Counted from the first letter of the whole stretch, positions 9,719 to 19,998 are shown. The stretch is 63,030 nucleotides of DNA, filler included, from Deltaproteobacteria bacterium (GCA_030698575.1; 7 parts of 7 records of this genome joined end to end with filler, not necessarily neighbours in it), one strand, 5' to 3'. The notes: a model not told the origin generated them from the sequence alone. Numbers and translations: made by a program.

Positions 9719-10117
9719 CTAAGGCTTCACCACCCGCAGCGCGAAGCCCATCGCGTCGAACACCCTCGGCCCTGCATAGCCGGCCCGAGCCCTGTTCGAG
9801 TAGTACGTCGACATGACGAGCCCCTTCAGGCCGAGATCGATGTTGCGCAAAGCGCCCGCCACGGGCCCAAGGCCGCGCCGCTCCTTCGCCACGAAGTGAA
9901 GGAAGCGGCCGAGCAGGCCCGCCGGCAGGAACGAGAGAATCGAAAGCAGCCCCTTGAGCCCCGCGAGATCCTCCGGGGGCATTGCGCGCAGGAGGGGATC
10001 GATATGAGTCAAACAACCGGTGTCGCTGAAGCGGGGAAAATCGCCGCCGCCCGGAATCATGATGTCGCCGATCCGCCCGAGAACCGCGACCTGCCGGGTT
10101 GAGAGAATCGCGCTCAC
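9719..10117 (-). CDS. Hypothetical protein, probable small partner subunit of the GMC oxidoreductase (gluconate 2-dehydrogenase subunit 3-like)
   Basis: 132 aa. GTGA overlap with the GMC gene. D-x-M-I-P motif near the N-terminus and K-G-L-V-M-S-T-Y-Y near the C-terminus. Confidence 0.6.
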   Translation of the reverse strand: MSAILSTRQVAVLGRIGDIMIPGGGDFPRFSDTGCLTHIDPLLRAMPPEDLAGLKGLLSILSFLPAGLLGRFLHFVAKERRGLGPVAGALRNIDLGLKGLVMSTYYSNRARAGYAGPRVFDAMGFALRVVKP

Positions 10118-11499
10118 GAAGCCTCCTTCAGCATGGTCTCCGCCGCCCGGTGCGAGATGGCCATGATGGTGAGCGAGGGGTTGATTCCGGGGGCGTTCAC
10201 GAATGCGCTCGAATCAGCGATGTAGATGTTGCGCTGCGTATGGAGGCTGAACCCCTCGTTGACGACCGACCTCCGGGGGTCGCGCCCGATGGCGCAGCCG
10301 CCCATGAGATGCACCCCGAACCAGAAGCGCGTGTGGAGCACGTCGTAGGCCCCGGCTGCCCGCATGATGTCGTCGATCAGTTGCTCGCCGTCCGCCGCCC
10401 GCGCCTGGTCCTGGCGGGTCAGGCGCTTCTCCACTCTCACCCTTCCCTTGCTGTTGATCCGAACCTTGCCGTTGTTCTCGTCCCGAACCGCCACCTCCAT
10501 GCAGGCCATGTGCCGATAGCGCCGCATCATCTGCTGATGCTCCGCCCCAAGGCCCGGGACCAGCATGGCCAGCGCGATGGGCCCCGCGAAGACGTTCTCG
10601 AGCTTGAAGCCTCGCACCCGGATTCCCGGGTCCTTCGACTTGACCGTCTGGAAGGAGCCCTTGTGCGCGTCGACGGGCTCCCGGAAGAGGCCAAAGTGCA
10701 TCGACTGTGGATGAGAGCTGAAGCCCGCGCCGATCGCGGGGAGCTTCTCCCCGAAACCCGACCTGAGCAGGATCTGGACGTTGCCGAAGACCCCGGCGGC
10801 CAGCACCAGGCGCCGGCCCGTGATCTCCTCGGGCCCCGCGGGGCCGACCCCCCGCACCCGGATGAGTCCGCCGGGCGCCAGGATGGTGTCGACCTGGAAC
10901 TCGGGGCGAAGCTCGAGGCCCGCAGCCAGGGCCTCCCGCAGGAAGGTCACCAGCATGCTCTGCTTCGAGTCGAGGCGGCAGCCGTTCAGGCATGCGATGC
11001 AGTCGTTCCCCGCACCGGTGTTGCAATCGGTCTGCCCCCGCTCCATTGGCGCGTACCGGAGGCCCAGCTTCTCGAAGCCGCGCACCATGGCCCGGGCGTT
11101 GCCGTTTCGGAGGTTCTCGGGAAGCGTCTTGATCGAGAGGTGCCGCCCGACCGCCTCGTAGTGCGGCGCCATCTGGTCGGGGGTGAAGAACGAGACGTCC
11201 GACTCGGCCTTCCAGTCCGACCAGGCCAAATCGTCGAAACGGTCGAGCAGGCACTGGTTCACGATAGTGGTGCCGCCCACGCATTTGGCGCGAAGGAAGG
11301 CCAGATTGGCGTCGGTGTTCAACTCGATGCCGCCGTTCCAGTAGAGGTCGACGTTGCCGCCCAGCTCGTCGTCCGGAAAGGTATCGGCCGTAAAATGCTT
11401 GCCGGCCTCCAGCATGACGCATCGGGCGCCGGCCTCGGTGAGCTTGCGCGCGATCACCGATCCCGACGCGCCGGAACCCACGATGATGTAGTCGTACAC
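10114..11499 (-). CDS. GMC family FAD oxidoreductase
   Basis: YDYIIVGSGASG FAD motif, VGGTTIVN, HLMGGC, YIADSS..., NPSLTIMA. Also a Cys cluster C..C..C...C. Confidence 0.9.
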   Translation of the reverse strand: MYDYIIVGSGASGSVIARKLTEAGARCVMLEAGKHFTADTFPDDELGGNVDLYWNGGIELNTDANLAFLRAKCVGGTTIVNQCLLDRFDDLAWSDWKAESDVSFFTPDQMAPHYEAVGRHLSIKTLPENLRNGNARAMVRGFEKLGLRYAPMERGQTDCNTGAGNDCIACLNGCRLDSKQSMLVTFLREALAAGLELRPEFQVDTILAPGGLIRVRGVGPAGPEEITGRRLVLAAGVFGNVQILLRSGFGEKLPAIGAGFSSHPQSMHFGLFREPVDAHKGSFQTVKSKDPGIRVRGFKLENVFAGPIALAMLVPGLGAEHQQMMRRYRHMACMEVAVRDENNGKVRINSKGRVRVEKRLTRQDQARAADGEQLIDDIMRAAGAYDVLHTRFWFGVHLMGGCAIGRDPRRSVVNEGFSLHTQRNIYIADSSAFVNAPGINPSLTIMAISHRAAETMLKEAS

Positions 11500-11514
11500 G
11501 GTCGCTCCTTCTGC

Positions 11515-12750
11515 CTAAAGAAACGCGCGCCCCATCCCGCGGTAGGTCGGAACGCGTTCCACCACGCGATTGCCCCGGACGAGAAGGTATTCGTTGAAAT
11601 GCTCGGCGAGCTCGCCCGCCTTCGTGTGCCGGAAGAAAACGGGGTCGCCGAGATCCAGATCCACCCCCTCGGGGGTGATGAGCGGCGTCTGCACCTCGCC
11701 CACGCCCTCGACGGGAAGAAGCCGCAGCCCTTCGGGCAGCCAGGGCCGCGGGAGCCGATCCGCGCCTGCCTCGCCCGAGGCGACGTAGCCGCCGCCGTGG
11801 CAGGTGACGAAACCGCTATCCGATCTCCGGACCACCTGGAGCGCGAAGTAGGCCGCGGGGTTCAGCTTGAAGTCACGATAGTAGTCGAAGAGATGGCTTG
11901 CAAGAAACCCGGATCCCGCCGTGACTTCCGTCAGCGCGCTCTCGTGGGTGCACCAGTTGAGGCTACCCGTGCCACCTCCGTTGAAAACCTTCGGAGGAAT
12001 GCCGCGCGCGCGGAGCATCTCGTCGATTCTTCGCCGCATCTGCTCAACGTGAGGGCGGGAGCGGGTCCGGATGAATCGCTTCGCCGGATTGAGCGCCCTG
12101 GCAAACGGGTTGTCGTCTCCGAGCCCCGCAATCTGCGCTTCGTAGCCCATCACCCCGTGGAAGCGGAGCCCGGCGTAGTCGTCCACGCTCAGCGCCAGCG
12201 CCACCAGCGCCTCCGGGGTTCTGAGCGGGCTGCGCCGCACGCCCAAGTGGAACGCCCCTCCGAGCGGGCGCCAGGACATGTCGATCTCGACGACGACGGG
12301 AATCCGCGTCCCCGCGCGTTCCCCGGCAGCGTTAAGACGCTCGAGATGCTCCTGGCTGTCGACGACGATGGCCAGCACGGCTTCACCGCCGTTCGCCTCG
12401 GCGAGAAGGCGGGCATCTGACGGCTGCACGGAGGGGTAAGCCACGAGGATGTCATCGAAGCCCTTCTCGACGAGAAAGGCCCCCTCCTCCACCGTGTAGG
12501 CCATGATCCCGGCGACGGTTCCGCCGCCGTGCTTCACGATGTATTCGATCAGCGCCAGGCATCGGACAGATTTCGAAGCGAGACGCAGTGTCTTGCCCCG
12601 ATGGCGTGCATCGCCCAGGAGGAGTTCGATGTTCCGATCAAGCGCGTCGAGATCCACCATGGCAAGCGGCAGGCGCTGGTCCTTGACGGCCTGGCGGTAA
12701 CGGCCGTACAGATCCGCCATACCCGGCGGCGGACCGCTTGCGGCGCTCAT
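11515..12750 (-). CDS. PLP-dependent alanine-racemase-fold amino acid deaminase/aldolase (DSD1-like)
   Basis: LRLASKSVRC PLP lysine motif, GVMGYEAQIAG, NGGGTGS, EVTAGSG, FRHTKAGE. Confidence 0.85.
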   Translation of the reverse strand: MSAASGPPPGMADLYGRYRQAVKDQRLPLAMVDLDALDRNIELLLGDARHRGKTLRLASKSVRCLALIEYIVKHGGGTVAGIMAYTVEEGAFLVEKGFDDILVAYPSVQPSDARLLAEANGGEAVLAIVVDSQEHLERLNAAGERAGTRIPVVVEIDMSWRPLGGAFHLGVRRSPLRTPEALVALALSVDDYAGLRFHGVMGYEAQIAGLGDDNPFARALNPAKRFIRTRSRPHVEQMRRRIDEMLRARGIPPKVFNGGGTGSLNWCTHESALTEVTAGSGFLASHLFDYYRDFKLNPAAYFALQVVRRSDSGFVTCHGGGYVASGEAGADRLPRPWLPEGLRLLPVEGVGEVQTPLITPEGVDLDLGDPVFFRHTKAGELAEHFNEYLLVRGNRVVERVPTYRGMGRAFL

Positions 12751-12775
12751 CGGCTTGTCTCCTTCCTGCCCTGGC

Positions 12776-13585
12776 TCAACCGTCGTCCCGCTCGCCGGGC
12801 GTCGCGTCCTGCTTCGGGAACCTGCCCTGCTTGGCGCGGCGGACGATCTCCTTTACCTCTTCCGAGAAATCGCGGTCCAGGATCCACCCGAGGTATCCGG
12901 CGTTCTTTTCCACCACCTCCCGCAGGCTTTTCCCCTTCACTTTGCCAAAGTTGAAGTAAGCCTCGCCGTGCCGCCACACGAACCGCCGGTCGCTGTCGAC
13001 GAAGCGATCGTCGGAGAGCATGGTCGATGCGGCGGCGAGCCCGGCCACGTCCTCCGGGAGATCAGGGTAGCGGGCGATCTGCGCCAGCAGAACGTCGAGC
13101 GAAGCCTCCGTGTCCGCAAGCGCACCGTGGGCGCCCTCGAGTTCACGGCCGCAGTAGAACCGGACTGCGGCGCTCAGATCCCGCGGCTCGCGGCTGAAGA
13201 AGATGACCTGGGGATCCAGGAGCCGCACACCTTCTTCTTCGAATCGCAGTTCGATCCGTTCCAGTTCCTTCCGGAGCAGCGGCACGTCGAACTTGACGAC
13301 GTTGTATCCCGCGAGATCGCAGCCGTCGATGAACTTGAGGATGTCGGCCGCAACCTCACCGAATGTCGGGGCGTCGCTAACAGCCTCGTCGGTGATTCCG
13401 TGGATCGCCGAGGCCTCGCGCGGAATGGGCTCCTTCGGGTTGACAAGGGTTCGCATCGTTTCACGCCGGCCGTCTGGATGAAGCTTCACGGCGGCAAACT
13501 CGACGATCCTGTCCTGGCGGGGGTCCGTCCCCGTGGTTTCGGTGTCGAAGAAAACTACGGGGCGCTCGAGGCGCAACTCTCGCAT
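12776..13585 (-). CDS. DEDDh 3'-5' exonuclease (DnaQ/PolC-exonuclease-like)
   Basis: FFDTETTG, AGYNVVKFDVP, AHGALAD motifs. C-terminal FNFGKVKG...YLGW extension. Confidence 0.9.
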   Translation of the reverse strand: MRELRLERPVVFFDTETTGTDPRQDRIVEFAAVKLHPDGRRETMRTLVNPKEPIPREASAIHGITDEAVSDAPTFGEVAADILKFIDGCDLAGYNVVKFDVPLLRKELERIELRFEEEGVRLLDPQVIFFSREPRDLSAAVRFYCGRELEGAHGALADTEASLDVLLAQIARYPDLPEDVAGLAAASTMLSDDRFVDSDRRFVWRHGEAYFNFGKVKGKSLREVVEKNAGYLGWILDRDFSEEVKEIVRRAKQGRFPKQDATPGERDDG

Positions 13586-13681
13586 GGGGTCTCCCTGGGA
13601 GTGGGGAAGTGGTCGGGCGAGATTTTACACAACATACAACGCCGCGGGGATAGAGGAAAAGTGCTTGCCCCCAGATCCACG

Positions 13682-13711
13682 TTGACGCCCGCCCGCTCGT
13701 CACACTATGGT
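13682..13711 (+). promoter_or_regulatory. Putative sigma70 promoter for sodC
   Basis: TTGACG-N18-TATGGT in the divergent intergenic region. Confidence 0.35.
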
Positions 13712-13822
13712 TACGTGGGGCAGTTGTTGTGCACGGCATCTCAGACGTGCGATCCGACCCGGCAGGCCTTCGCCGCACTACGCCGAACCGATAATATCGA
13801 ACCACCGAACGGGAGAGACGCC

Positions 13823-14503
13823 ATGAATGCAGGGGGGCCGCCATCCAGACGAATTGGCTCATGGAACCTATCGCTCTGCGCCGCCGCCGCGCTCTTGCTG
13901 ATCGCCGCGGGTTGCGGCGGTGGGGAGCAAGTGACCGAGCCGCCTGCCGATGAGGGCGTGGTCGAGGAGCCGGCGTCCCCGGAGGCCGCACAGGAGCCCG
14001 CGCCCGTCGCGGAGGGCGGCATCCAGGAAGAGAGTCTTCAACCCGACCGAGGAGACCCCGGGCGTGCGACTGCGAGCGCCAGGATCGAGCCCCGAAGCGG
14101 CAGCAGCCTCTCGGGTGCGGCCGGCTTCGAGCAAACAGCTGACGGCGTGCGCGTCGTCGTCAAGGTTTCCGGCGCCAAGCCGGGTGACCACGGCGTCCAT
14201 ATCCACGAGATCGGTGACTGCAGCGCCGACGATGCATCCTCCGCGGGCGGTCATTTCAACCCCGCCGGTGTCGCCCATGGCGCCCCGGGGGCTGCCGAGC
14301 ACCACCCGGGAGACTTCGGCAACATCACGATCGCCGCGGATGGCTCCGGCACCCTCGAGCTCATCACCCAGGGCGTGACGCTCGGCGACGGGGCATCGGC
14401 GATTGTCGGACGCGCGATTGTCGTCCACGCAGACCCGGACGACCTCTCGAGCCAGCCCTCGGGCAATGCCGGCGCCAGGATTGGCTGCGGTCTCATAAGA
14501 TGA
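13823..14503 (+). CDS. sodC: Cu/Zn superoxide dismutase, lipoprotein
   Basis: Lipobox IAAGC and an acidic Pro/Glu linker. Metal ligands HGVHIH, GGHFNP, HGAP, HHPGDFGN, VVHAD; ARIGCG. GGAG RBS upstream. Confidence 0.92.
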   Translation: MNAGGPPSRRIGSWNLSLCAAAALLLIAAGCGGGEQVTEPPADEGVVEEPASPEAAQEPAPVAEGGIQEESLQPDRGDPGRATASARIEPRSGSSLSGAAGFEQTADGVRVVVKVSGAKPGDHGVHIHEIGDCSADDASSAGGHFNPAGVAHGAPGAAEHHPGDFGNITIAADGSGTLELITQGVTLGDGASAIVGRAIVVHADPDDLSSQPSGNAGARIGCGLIR

Positions 14504-14517
14504 TACGCCTCCAGCCA

Positions 14518-14551
14518 GACGCCCCGCCCCTCGCGGCGGGGCGTTTGTTTG
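14518..14551 (+). terminator. Rho-independent terminator after sodC
   Basis: GACGCCCCGCC / GGCGGGGCGTT hairpin followed by TGTTT. Confidence 0.65.
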
Positions 14552-14668
14552 AAGCGCCGGCAAATTGCGCCTCTCCCCGTCGAAGGTTCCGGCGCACCCG
14601 CCGTCAACCCGAGGCGGCGTCCCCCCGCGAGCCCTGAGCGTTCCCCCCGGAGACCGCGGCCACTCTTC

Positions 14669-17050
14669 ATGAAGAAGCGCACGAAAAAACAGAAACGCAC
14701 CCGGCAAAGCCGTCTGGGGCGGTGGCTGCGCCTAGGGCTGCTGGCGATCGCGCTGCTCGCGATCGCCGCGCTGGCGCTCCAGTTCTACGTCCTCGAGCGA
14801 CGGCTCGACGAGCGCCTCCAGGCGGGCTTCGGCCAGGGAGGTCCCCGCTTCTACACCGATCGCCTTCGAATCGTCCCAGGCCTCGACCTCGAGCGAGCGG
14901 GCGTGCTCGACCGCATCGAGAGGCTTCGCTACCGGCGCGACCCGGACCTTGCGGACCCGGGTACCTGGCGGCAGCGGAAGGGGGTCATCGAGATCTACCT
15001 CCGTGGGTTCACCGACCCGCAGGGATCGATCCCCGCGCGTCTTGCCGTCATCGAGAACGAGGGCGGCAGGGTCAGAAGAATCGTCGATCGAAACGACGGA
15101 GCCGAGCGGCGACAGGCCACGCTGGAGCCGCTGATGCTCGACGTAACCTGGAATGGCAGCTGGCAGGCGCGACGTCCCGTGCGTCTCGCGAAGCTCCCCC
15201 CCCACGTGCCGGAGGCGGTGCTGGCTGCGGAAGACGCACGTTTCTATCACCACCCCGGGATCGATCTGATCGGAGTGCTTCGCGCCATGGTCGTGAACCT
15301 TCGCGCCGGCGAAATCCGCGAAGGCGCGAGCACGATCACCCAGCAGCTCGCCAAAAATTTATTTCTTACGCCCGAGCGCGCCTGGCGCAGGAAAGCGAAG
15401 GAGGCGATCCTCGCCTGGATGATCGAGGACCGCCTTACCAAGAAAGAGATCCTCGAGTGGTACCTGAACGAGGTCTACCTGGGGCGTGACGGGGCGGCGA
15501 GCATCGTCGGCGTCGGGCAGGCGGCAAGCTCTTTCTTCGACAAGCAGGCGTCCGAACTCACCATCGCCGAGGCCGCGACCATCGCCAGCGTCATCTCGGC
15601 GCCAAACCCCAATTCTCCGCTCCGGGCGCCGGAGCGGGCGCGCAAGCGCCGCGATCGGGTCATCCGGAACATGGGCGAGGCAGGCTTCATCACCGCCGCG
15701 CAGGCTTCGGCCGAGGCGAAGAGCCCGCTCCGCGTGGCCATCGGCGGCAGGGCAACGCTCGAGGCCCCCTTCTTTCTCGCGCAGGCCCTCCGCGAGGCCG
15801 GAGCGCTACTGGGCCGCGACACGCTATCCGGCGATCCGCTCGACATCTACACCACGCTCGATGTCTCGATGCAGGCGGCTTCCGAGTCCGCCGTCCGCCA
15901 GTCGCTCGCCCGTCTCGAGACGGATCATCCGTTCCTGAAAAAGGGCGAGGCGCCTCTGGAGGGCGCCCTGGCAATCGTCGGTACGCGCGACGGCGCCGTC
16001 GCGGCCCTCGTCGGCGGACGCGATTTTTCACGCCGCCCCTTCGACCGGGCGGCGACCGCCAGTCGACAGTCGGGCTCGACCTTCAAGCCCTTCGTCTACC
16101 TCGCGGCCTTCGAGTCGCACCCGCGAGACCTGACCCCCTCCAGCCCGCTCGAGGACGCCCCCGTCTCGGTTCGCGCCAGCGGCAAGATCTGGCAGCCCGC
16201 GAACTACGATGGTCGATTTCGCGGGACGGTCACCGTCAGATATGCGCTCGAGCGCTCGCTGAACGTGCCCACCGTGCGCCTCGCGCAACGGACGGGGATC
16301 GCCGACGTGGCGCGCACAGCCGCCGCCGCCGGGTGGGGCGGCGATCTCCCCCGCGTCCCGGCGCTCGCGCTCGGTGTTGCGGAAACGAGTCTGGTCGACC
16401 TCGCCGGCGCCTACACCGTCTTCCCGATGCTTGGAACCGCAGTGAAGCCCCATCTGCTCTGGGGCGTCACCGACGCCGGTGGAAACGTGATCGCGCGCCG
16501 CGCCGTCGAGACGCACGCGGTCGCCGATCCGCGCGCGACTTATCTCGTGCACCACATTCTGGAAGGAGTCGTTGATCGCGGCACCGCGCGCTCCCTCCGC
16601 GCCCGCGGTTTCACGCGCCCACTTGCGGGCAAGACCGGCACCACCAACGATTACCGCGACGCCTGGTTCGTGGGCTATACGCCCGATCTCGTCGCCGCCG
16701 CCTGGGTGGGGTACGACGACGGGCGGCCTATGCGACTCCCCTCCTCTTCCACCGCGCTGCCGCTCTGGGCGTCCGCCATGGGGCCGATCCTCGACAGCCG
16801 CCCACCGCTGAGCTTCACGGTGCCGTCCGGAATCTCGTTCCGCCGCGTGGATCCGCAGAGCGGCCTTCTGCCGGCGCGGGAATGCCCGGCCACAATTCTC
16901 GAAGCCTTCGTCGAGGGAACCGAGCCGCGGGTCGACTGCCGGCGGAGGTCCGACCTGCGCACGGCCCGCGCCCCCGCGCCGACACCGGACACTGAGGTCG
17001 AGCGAGTCATGAACAACTGGGTCAACAAGATATTCGGAATCTTCAGGTAG
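14669..17050 (+). CDS. mrcB: Class A penicillin-binding protein, PBP1B-like
   Basis: N-terminal TM and UB2H-like region. Transglycosylase motifs EDARFYHHPGID and GASTITQQLAKN. Transpeptidase motifs STFK, SLN, KTGT. Confidence 0.88.
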   Translation: MKKRTKKQKRTRQSRLGRWLRLGLLAIALLAIAALALQFYVLERRLDERLQAGFGQGGPRFYTDRLRIVPGLDLERAGVLDRIERLRYRRDPDLADPGTWRQRKGVIEIYLRGFTDPQGSIPARLAVIENEGGRVRRIVDRNDGAERRQATLEPLMLDVTWNGSWQARRPVRLAKLPPHVPEAVLAAEDARFYHHPGIDLIGVLRAMVVNLRAGEIREGASTITQQLAKNLFLTPERAWRRKAKEAILAWMIEDRLTKKEILEWYLNEVYLGRDGAASIVGVGQAASSFFDKQASELTIAEAATIASVISAPNPNSPLRAPERARKRRDRVIRNMGEAGFITAAQASAEAKSPLRVAIGGRATLEAPFFLAQALREAGALLGRDTLSGDPLDIYTTLDVSMQAASESAVRQSLARLETDHPFLKKGEAPLEGALAIVGTRDGAVAALVGGRDFSRRPFDRAATASRQSGSTFKPFVYLAAFESHPRDLTPSSPLEDAPVSVRASGKIWQPANYDGRFRGTVTVRYALERSLNVPTVRLAQRTGIADVARTAAAAGWGGDLPRVPALALGVAETSLVDLAGAYTVFPMLGTAVKPHLLWGVTDAGGNVIARRAVETHAVADPRATYLVHHILEGVVDRGTARSLRARGFTRPLAGKTGTTNDYRDAWFVGYTPDLVAAAWVGYDDGRPMRLPSSSTALPLWASAMGPILDSRPPLSFTVPSGISFRRVDPQSGLLPARECPATILEAFVEGTEPRVDCRRRSDLRTARAPAPTPDTEVERVMNNWVNKIFGIFR

Positions 17051-17073
17051 GTTTTTATGAAACGAAGCGTCGC

Positions 17074-17736
17074 CTAAACGCGAGCAACGGGGGCGACGAA
17101 ATACAGCAGGGCCAGGAAGTGCGAGAGGCTGCCGGCGATGACCAGCAGGTGGAAAACCTCGTGGTAGCCGAACACGCCCGGTACGGGATTGGGCCGCCGG
17201 AGTCCGTAGATGATCGCCCCCACCGTGTAGGAAACCCCGCCCAGAACAACGAGCCCCATCGCCGCCGGCCGGAGCCCTGCGGCCAGTCCTTCGATATCCA
17301 CCAGCGCGATGTAGCTCACGGCCAGATAAAGAGGCACGGTGACCCAGCGCGGGAGCCGGGGAAACAGGAGCTTCGTGGCCACCCCCCCCAGCGCCGCACC
17401 CCAGGCCAGTGATAGCATCGTCAGCCTGGCCGAACCTTCAAGCGCATGCACACAGAAAGGCGTATAAGTCCCTGCGATGAGAACGAAAATCATGGAGTGG
17501 TCGAGTCGGCGGAAAAAACCGTAGAGCTTCCCGCTCCACTCGCCGAGGTGGTAGGTGGCGCTGCTCGTGTACAACCCGATGAGGCTGGCCGCGAACACCA
17601 TCATCGAGACCTGTTTCCCCGGATCCCCCACAGAAGCCTGCCAGAGGAGGACCGCACCGGCCACGCTTGCCACGGCCCCGAATGCGTGCGAAACGCCCCG
17701 GAACCTGGGACGCCGGTTCGAATGACCCAACTGCAT
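17074..17736 (-). CDS. Hemolysin III / PAQR family membrane protein
   Basis: SATYH, RRLDHSMIFVLIAGTYTP, HEVFHLLV motifs; about 7 TM helices. Confidence 0.92.
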   Translation of the reverse strand: MQLGHSNRRPRFRGVSHAFGAVASVAGAVLLWQASVGDPGKQVSMMVFAASLIGLYTSSATYHLGEWSGKLYGFFRRLDHSMIFVLIAGTYTPFCVHALEGSARLTMLSLAWGAALGGVATKLLFPRLPRWVTVPLYLAVSYIALVDIEGLAAGLRPAAMGLVVLGGVSYTVGAIIYGLRRPNPVPGVFGYHEVFHLLVIAGSLSHFLALLYFVAPVARV

Positions 17737-17991
17737 CGGACAGCTTCTTTCGGTCAGGTGCGAGCGGGAATGCTCCGATCGCCCGGGCGCTGGAAGGTCC
17801 GGCGCCCCTGGGAAGGGGCCTCCGTATTACACGGGGGCGCCCTACGGGTCAATCGCTGATTTGCGCCGGGCGCGGGAAAGCTACGCTCGCGTGGCACCGT
17901 AACAACCCCGGATGCCTGGTTTTGACAGGCGCCGCGCGGAGAATACACCGCCCGCGTCGCCGTTCCTCTCCTCCGGTGACACGGTGGTGCT

Positions 17992-19107
17992 CTACCATGG
18001 CGACGAGGGCTCCGGCGTTTCCTGAGCGACGAGACGGGCCACTGCCGCCGCGAGAATCTTTCCCATCCGGGCCGCCCCATCTTTGCCGAGGTGATGGCCC
18101 ACCGGGCCGAACCAGCTTTCGCCTTCCGGCAGCTTGATCGAAGCCAGATCAACGAATGGCGCTTCCTCCCGCGCGCAAACCTCCACGAGCCGCGCGTTCA
18201 GGACGGGCAGTTCAGGATCCTCCTTTTCGCTCCACACCGGCATGGTCACAAAGAGAGGCGTCACTCCGAACTTCCGGGCCGCCTCGATCATGAGAAGGAT
18301 GTTCCGCTCGTAGTCATCCGCTGCCCGCGACAGGATCACCGGGTACTCGGCCGACGCGCGCAATCTGGCTCGCTTTTCACGAAGCGATTGCCCGGGAACA
18401 AAATCTTCGAGCCGGTTCCGGAGCGGCTGGCCCACGGTTTTGACGCCGAATCCCTTCAGGAACAGCGCCAGTCTGGAGCGGAGGACAGGCGGGGAGCTGT
18501 CCAGTTCTCCGAGGCGGACCGGGTCCGGGCGCGAGAACGCCTGGAAAAGAGCCTCGGCGTATCTCGAATCGCCGACCTGCTCCACGCTCAGGATTGATCC
18601 GTACCTCGCCAGGCGATCCGCGTCATTGATGCCGGTAAAGATGACAGCGACGTCGATCCCCACCGGGCCGGCAAGCTCGTTCAGGTGGGCCAGGTAGTGC
18701 GCCGACGCCGTGCCCGCCATTCCCGCGTTCGCCACCTGCCCCGGGCGCCCGCCCCCCAGGGCGTTCAACTCGACCTCGAGTCGGTACGGCCAGGATTCCT
18801 CCTCCGGCACCTCCGCGGACTCCGTCGCACTCCCGCCGAGAGTCACGATGCGCAGCGCACCCTCGCGGAAATCACGACCGCGCAGGCCCCAGCCGTTCGT
18901 GCGGAAGGGAGCCCCCAGAGCCTTGCTGTAGTGGTACGGCGGGCGGATGTAGGAGCGCCCGGGCTCGCCCAGATAGCGGCTTCCGAACAGCCGCAGGAAC
19001 GCCTCTCCGAAGACGGCCGCGTAGATGACGCCCGCCGCCACCAACGCGATGGTTGCCACGCCCGGACGCGTTCGCGCCGCGCTAGAACTGGAAGTAGATG
19101 AATTCAT
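17992..19107 (-). CDS. SGNH/GDSL hydrolase-like protein, probable partner of the MBOAT O-acyltransferase
   Basis: N-terminal TM, TNGWGLRG, LGGSATES (block I), NAGMAG, GIND (block III), late His. Start at ATG 19107 overlapping the MBOAT end, or GTG 19059. Confidence 0.7.
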   Translation of the reverse strand: MNSSTSSSSAARTRPGVATIALVAAGVIYAAVFGEAFLRLFGSRYLGEPGRSYIRPPYHYSKALGAPFRTNGWGLRGRDFREGALRIVTLGGSATESAEVPEEESWPYRLEVELNALGGGRPGQVANAGMAGTASAHYLAHLNELAGPVGIDVAVIFTGINDADRLARYGSILSVEQVGDSRYAEALFQAFSRPDPVRLGELDSSPPVLRSRLALFLKGFGVKTVGQPLRNRLEDFVPGQSLREKRARLRASAEYPVILSRAADDYERNILLMIEAARKFGVTPLFVTMPVWSEKEDPELPVLNARLVEVCAREEAPFVDLASIKLPEGESWFGPVGHHLGKDGAARMGKILAAAVARLVAQETPEPSSPW

Positions 19108-19998
19108 GGCCGCCCAGGTTCCCGAGGAACCAGATGGAGCAGTACATATAAAGGTAGAGCGAGGCGCGCGCCCAGGGCGACCGCACCTGCTGCAGCACCA
19201 GGAGGTCGTCGCGCCAGGCCTGGACCAGTTGCACGATGAGCAGGAAAGCGACGAGCAGGACGAGCCGCGAGAGGTAGTAGCTTCCCCGCGGCGTCCAGCT
19301 GACCCCGTTTCCGATCGCGGAAAGAATGCCCCCCGCCTCCGCCAGCGAGTCGGCACGGAAGATCAGCCAGCCGAAGCAGACCAGGTGGAAGGTCGCGAGC
19401 ACGCGCACGCCGCGCGAGACGGCCTCCGCTATCCCGGTACGCGCCGCGAACATGACATCGAGCACCGGGCGGCAAAGCCTGTGAACCACCAGGAGGGCTC
19501 CGTGGTAGCCGCCCCAAAGCACGAAGGTCCAGGCCGCGCCGTGCCAGAGCCCGCCCAGAAGCATGGTGATCATCAGGTTCACATGCGTCCGGGCTGTCCC
19601 TCCCCGATTTCCGCCGAGCGGGATGTAGAGATAGTCGCGAAGCCAGGCCGAGAGGCTGATATGCCAGCGCCGCCAGAATTCGGTGGGGTTGAGGGCGAAG
19701 TAAGGGAGGTGGAAATTGGCGAAAAGGTTGAAGCCGAGAATTCTCCCGAGGCCCCGAGCGACGTCGGTGTAGCCCGAGAAATCGCAATAGATCTGAAAAG
19801 CGAATGCGTAGACTGCCATCAGCGCGCTGAGTCCATCGAGGGGACCCGGTCCTTCGAAGACGCTCGTAACGATCTCGGCGAGATTGTCGGCGATGTACAT
19901 CTTCTTGAAGAGGCCCCAGGAGATGAGCAGCGCCCCGTCGCTGAGCCCCTCCCGCGTGACCTGCCGGGGCACGCGCACCTGCGGAAGCATGTGCCAGG
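19082..19998 (-). CDS. MBOAT family O-acyltransferase (AlgI/PatA-like); 5' end cut by contig end
   Basis: FQIYCDFSGYTD, FWRRWHISLS.WLRDYLYIPLGGNR, GLWHGAAW, C-terminal FIYFQF. Confidence 0.92.

Noticed and set aside
10099-12420. Very long antisense or alternative-frame ORFs (e.g. 773 aa here; also 7609-9309, 29596-31161, 41626-43527, 44964-46625, 49247-51427)
   Set aside because: Shadow ORFs expected from high GC3 bias opposite well-supported genes; no recognisable motifs.
12755-13822. Apparent 582-aa SodC fusion
   Set aside because: The upstream part is the antisense of the exonuclease gene. SodC has its own RBS, ATG at 13823 and lipoprotein signal.
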